DNA from: Escherichia phage vB_Eco_mar004NP2
Sequence record: OR896837.1
Length of the DNA: 64,000 nt
Reading direction: 5' to 3' (one strand)
In this document: positions 60,315 through 64,000 of the stretch, one piece after another
Position numbering within the stretch: position 1 is the first letter of the stretch
Layout of the letters: the number at the start of each line of letters is the position of its first letter
The notes under the pieces: generated by a model
What the model was told of the DNA's origin: nothing
Seen by the model: only the letters and a program-made list of their open reading frames with translations
The model's database searches: none
Program-made: the position numbers and the translations under genes

Positions 60315-60544
60315 TTAAAGGTTATATTGATACGCCGATTGGTCGGGTAGTTATTGCTAACCTGCTGAGCGTAGCGGTTGACCAGTACGCCCCGAATAAC
60401 CAGAAAGCGAAAGCGGTAGCAGGCGCAGCTATGGAAGCGGCAATGCTAGAAATGGTGCAAAGTTTTAACATCGCTGAAATGATTGATGAAATGGTGAAAG
60501 GTATCGATATTTCTACTTTTACCACTAGCACCGAAAGCGAGTAA
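60311..60544 (+). CDS. hypothetical protein
   Basis: 77 aa; ATGA coupling. Confidence 0.45.
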   Translation: MIKGYIDTPIGRVVIANLLSVAVDQYAPNNQKAKAVAGAAMEAAMLEMVQSFNIAEMIDEMVKGIDISTFTTSTESE

Positions 60545-60609
60545 TAATATTTAGTGGGGATTGTTTCCCCGCTTTACTATTCCCTTATTAATTAATAGGA
60601 GGCTAATAA

Positions 60610-61104
60610 ATGGCTGAGGAAAAATATGGGTTTTCGCTAGGGGAAGTGAGCAAGGCTAAACATGATATGATCATTTTGGTCGATTGTCATACTGGCTATT
60701 GCGGTGAAGGGAATACTGAGGAATATTTTGTTCCTGCTGGTACGGATCTCGACGCTTTCGCTCATGAAATGGCTGTTGATAATGCTTCTCGTTTTGGTAG
60801 CGATGGCTATGAAGATGAGGAAACGGGCGAATGGTATGAGAATGATAATGTATATGCAAGCCTTTATCATTATCAATTAAGTAAATCCGGCACATATGTA
60901 AACGGCGGCGATCCTATTAATTCCGTCATGAAATTAATTATTAAATATGGTGGCGCTGAAATAATCGGAAATAAAGCGGTAATATACGCAAACCGACTAA
61001 AACAGCTTGTTTATATCCCTGATAGTACCCGATGGGATGAATACGCTGTTTTGCATGACGAATTGAAACGATGTTTCAATATTGAAACATTACAAGTAGT
61101 TTAA
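60610..61104 (+). CDS. hypothetical protein
   Basis: 164 aa; RBS AGGAGG. Confidence 0.5.
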   Translation: MAEEKYGFSLGEVSKAKHDMIILVDCHTGYCGEGNTEEYFVPAGTDLDAFAHEMAVDNASRFGSDGYEDEETGEWYENDNVYASLYHYQLSKSGTYVNGGDPINSVMKLIIKYGGAEIIGNKAVIYANRLKQLVYIPDSTRWDEYAVLHDELKRCFNIETLQVV

Positions 61105-61210
61105 TGTAAAGTTTTGTAAAGGTCGCCATAATTGGTGGCCTTTTTTGTTATAATGCCTTTACACCGTTTAAGGACGGTTGAAAATTTTCCCAAAAATTTG
61201 GAGGCTTAAA

Positions 61211-61441
61211 ATGGTTGCTTATTCTTCTGCTAGTCATCTGTTTACCGCGCAAGGCTGGGTATCTAATCATGCTGTCATCTATGAAATGGTGCAGGAGTTC
61301 GGTATTGTTAAAACCTATAATACCATTCAGGAACTATATAACGCCGATAAAATCGATCAGCAAACGGCTGGCTTTTTGCTGGATACCCTGAAGGCGGAAC
61401 ATTGCACCAAAAAACAAGCTGCAAAAATTGTTTTAATGTAA
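61211..61441 (+). CDS. hypothetical protein
   Basis: 76 aa from ATG 61211 with GGAGG RBS (track start 61178 is TTG). Confidence 0.4.
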   Translation: MVAYSSASHLFTAQGWVSNHAVIYEMVQEFGIVKTYNTIQELYNADKIDQQTAGFLLDTLKAEHCTKKQAAKIVLM

Positions 61442-61491
61442 TTAATAACGGGGGATATAATATCCCCCGATAACTAGGAGGATATCACAAA

Positions 61492-61641
61492 TGGTTATTT
61501 TTCGAGCTATTCTAGCAGGTATCTTGGGCGCTATTTTATCACTTTTTGCAATAGCTTTCGGCGTTCACGCGGTTATTATTGGTGCGGGTATCGCTGTATT
61601 TTCTTATCTGCTGGGCTGCATGACTAGTAAAGGAGAATAAA
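61492..61641 (+). CDS. small membrane protein (49 aa)
   Basis: Hand-translated MVIFRAILAGILGAILSLFAIAFGVHAVIIGAGIAVFSYLLGCMTSKGE; RBS AGGAGG. Confidence 0.35.
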
Positions 61642-61642
61642 A

Positions 61643-61855
61643 ATGATTCGTAACGTTTCCCTTGCACGTTCAAAAGGCTTTAAGCTGGTGGACGTTAACA
61701 CGTTCGAGCGGGAAGATTGTAAAATTGAATATGTAGCGCGAAATAAAAACGTCTTCCGTGTTACCGAGAAAAAATTCGATAAACGGGGCAACGTGATAGC
61801 TGAAACAGTTAAACATTTTGCCACCTTTTACGCTGCGTTTCGGGGAGTGCTATAA
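61643..61855 (+). CDS. hypothetical protein
   Basis: 70 aa; RBS AAAGGAGA. Confidence 0.4.
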   Translation: MIRNVSLARSKGFKLVDVNTFEREDCKIEYVARNKNVFRVTEKKFDKRGNVIAETVKHFATFYAAFRGVL

Positions 61856-61856
61856 A

Positions 61857-62201
61857 ATGGTAATTTATGAAGGCAATCGTTTTGTTGCTAATTGCCGTCC
61901 GGCATTACTAGCAAACTACTTAAATCAGCTTTCCCCAGCTTATAAGGGCGTTATTAATATTTATGAAGGCAAGGCGCATTATAAAATCAATGCGGTCGTT
62001 GCCCGTGAACTAGCGTTTCAATTTTTGACCTTTGCATCTTGCGACGTTCAGGTCATGGGTGAGGCGTTAATTGCAGAAAATGAAGATGATTTTATTAATA
62101 TTTTTCGCAAGATATGCACCGAGCGCCTGATAATGAAAGGCGCGTATATTCAATCCACTGCGGATAGTATTGAAACAGCGTTTCGAAAGGTGGCGCAATG
62201 A
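61857..62201 (+). CDS. hypothetical protein
   Basis: ATG 61857 directly after the previous stop (track start 61818 is further upstream). Confidence 0.4.
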   Translation: MVIYEGNRFVANCRPALLANYLNQLSPAYKGVINIYEGKAHYKINAVVARELAFQFLTFASCDVQVMGEALIAENEDDFINIFRKICTERLIMKGAYIQSTADSIETAFRKVAQ

Positions 62202-62301
62202 GATTATATATTTTCGCGGGTAATGTTGAGGCTGCAAATGATTCCGCTGGTGGCGATAACGTTCGCCACTATTGGCAAAAATATATTTACTAGGGGTTAT
62301 T

Positions 62302-62496
62302 ATGAACAATAAAATTGTTGTAACCAAAATCAGTACAATGGTTGATGTTTTTTACGTGCCCGATACGCCGGAGAATCGGCAAGCGGTCGAGCGTGGCGAA
62401 TATGATAGCGTTATTTATGATGCCGATGGTTATTATCAGCATTTGGTGGATTCCTACGGGGAGGAGGAAAAGATCACGCATCGACTACCAGACTAA
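62302..62496 (+). CDS. hypothetical protein
   Basis: 64 aa from ATG 62302 (MNNKIVV...). Confidence 0.3.
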   Translation: MNNKIVVTKISTMVDVFYVPDTPENRQAVERGEYDSVIYDADGYYQHLVDSYGEEEKITHRLPD

Positions 62497-62757
62497 TAAT
62501 AACGGGGCGCAACTACCAGGGAGTGCCCCCAATTCTCAAATGAGAGTGATTCTCATTTAACCGCGCCCGCGATGGTTAGCCTGCTAATGATTAAGGTGTT
62601 ACATGTCGCCTTGTGTGATCGTTAGCAAGCTAACTAATTTTTAAGCCTCCTCCAATTTTGCCCTTGTTTTAGTATCCCCATCAAAATTAAACGCGTTAGA
62701 ATGCGATTCAGGACGTTTTAGGCCTATATTAGAATTATTCACTACATAGGAATATTG

Positions 62758-62884
62758 TATATTTATACAGTAGGATAAGCTGTGGATAAGTCTGTTAATA
62801 ACGCCTCAAAATGGCTAGGATTCTGTCAAATCAAATCGTGCTGTTAATAAGTCTGTGGATAACTTAAATAACAGTGTTTCTCAC
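62758..62884. repeat. right inverted repeat with DnaA boxes
   Basis: TGTGGATAA at 62781 and 62854; reverse complement aligns with 59157-59286. Confidence 0.7.
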
Positions 62885-63060
62885 TTCCATTCTTAAATGA
62901 GAATCATTATCATTCGCATTCCACTGTCTAACCGATAATCATTTCCTTTCTTAAATGAGAATCATTTCACTTTTTGAATAGTTCTCATTTCACTTCTTAA
63001 ATGAGAATCATTATCATTCGCATTCCACTTCTTAAATGATAATGATTCTCATTCAAAGTC
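62885..63060. repeat. array of TCTTAAATGAGAATCATT-type repeats
   Basis: At least four direct or inverted copies of AAATGAGAATCATT / AATGATTCTCATT; related palindromes at 53547-53568 and 62537-62560. Confidence 0.7.
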
Positions 63061-63078
63061 GCAGGGCAATTGCCCTGC
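63061..63078. repeat. perfect 18-bp palindrome
   Basis: GCAGGGCAATTGCCCTGC. Confidence 0.9.
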
Positions 63079-63084
63079 GCTTTT

Positions 63085-63685
63085 GTGCAAATCCGACATA
63101 TGCCACCATGGATTACGCGCGGGCGTGTATGTGCGAATCCGACAATTTTTGGTAGTGTGCAAATCCGACCCCAAAAATTTTTATAGTGTGCAAATCCGAC
63201 AATGAATTTTCCCAAAAACTCCAGCAATCACGAACTGCGTTCGAATCCTGTGGGATATGTGCAAATCCGACACGGTTTTTCTAGGATTAAGATGTGCGAA
63301 TCCGACAAGATTTTTGTGACTTCGATTGGAGGGTGTGTGATTGTATAGGTTTGAGGAGAAGATGAGAGAGCGAGAGAAAATAAGGGGAGAAACTGGAGGA
63401 GCAGCATGGGTGGCGTGCAACGCCTGATTTGCTGCGTTTTTGGGAAGAGTTGAGAAGATTTGGGTTAATTTGAGATTAGTGGAGATAAAGTAAAATTTTA
63501 TTTGCTAAAGGTGGCAAAATAGCTTGACAAGTGAAAATTTTTTGTGACCCTAAAAACTCAGGCAATCATGGGCCTTCGGCCCGAAATAATGCTGCCATTT
63601 TCAGGAGATTATGTATTCATGAAAACTTAGGCGTTTGTGCAAATCCGACCATAAATTTCTAGAAACACAATGTGCAAATCCGACA
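63085..63685. repeat. dispersed array of GTGC(A/G)AATCCGAC(A/C) 14-mers
   Basis: Eight copies, at 63085, 63131, 63157, 63188, 63259, 63294, 63637 and 63672, all in the same orientation, irregular spacing, no ORF. Confidence 0.85.
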
Positions 63686-64000
63686 GTAATTTCTGGAAAT
63701 GTGTTTTCAAAAAATGTCTCCTAGAAATAACCGCCCTCCCTATAACCGCCCTGTATTAAACCGGCCTAGGATATGTAACGTTGGAGAGAAACTGCCCTAG
63801 AGTGTAAGAGTTTTCCTAGAAACTTAGGAGTCTAGAAGAAAGTGTTGTGCCATCCTAGCAGATGAGCGGCAACAGGTGTATCATCTTGAATGTAAATTAT
63901 ATGGTCAAAAAGTTTTACTTTTATTTTAAATATAAGATCCCCCAGGGTTCTCATATAGAGCTTTGCCCCCGCCAGAAGGTCTCGTGATGTTTCTAGTAAT

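Noticed and set aside
63225-63260. tRNA-like GTTCGAATCC (T-loop-like) sequence
   Set aside because: The flanks do not form a T-stem or acceptor stem, and no anticodon arm or CCA-compatible structure could be built; the match is a variant of the 14-mer repeat.
63085-63685. Possible CRISPR array (repeated GTGCAAATCCGAC units)
   Set aside because: Repeat unit is only about 14 bp, spacers are irregular (about 12 to 330 bp), there is no leader or cas gene context, and it lies in a phage non-coding control region; more consistent with protein-binding iterons.
1-64000. Integrase, transposase or attachment-site features indicating a prophage or transposon
   Set aside because: No tyrosine/serine recombinase or DDE transposase motifs found in any frame; the architecture is that of a virulent T5-like phage. 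The inverted repeats at 59.2 and 62.8 kb flank only small genes with no recombinase.

Overview
The window reads as a contiguous segment of a T5-like siphophage genome (Demerecviridae-type architecture), judged from gene order, protein lengths and motifs read directly from the six-frame track; no database search was run. Three blocks: (i) 1-24.7 kb, plus strand, early/replication module: Sir2-like protein, HAD-like phosphatase, UL9-like helicase, split NAD-dependent DNA ligase, replicative helicase and primase, family-A DNA polymerase, SF2 helicase, SSB-like protein, SbcCD-like nuclease, PD-(D/E)xK nuclease, flap endonuclease and dUTPase, driven by repeated sigma70-like promoters (TTGCTA-17-TATAAT). 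(ii) 24.8-52.2 kb, minus strand, late morphogenesis module in the T5 order: tail fibre locus, collar, baseplate proteins, tape measure, chaperones, tail tube, neck proteins, major capsid, protease, decoration protein, portal, two homing-endonuclease-like genes, large terminase, receptor-binding protein, plus a divergent lipoprotein gene. (iii) 52.6-64 kb, GC-richer pre-early/terminal-repeat-like region: four small membrane-protein genes, a 76-bp tandem duplication, dmp-like and A1-like genes, a 3.5-kb gene block bracketed by about 125-bp inverted repeats carrying DnaA boxes, and dense non-coding repeat arrays. Most notable: the Sir2-like/HAD operon, two frame breaks and a G13 tract in the distal tail fibre gene, a conserved motif fused to late terminators, and the inverted-repeat and repeat-array architecture at 58.4-64 kb. 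No rRNA, tRNA, CRISPR array, integrase or transposase was found.
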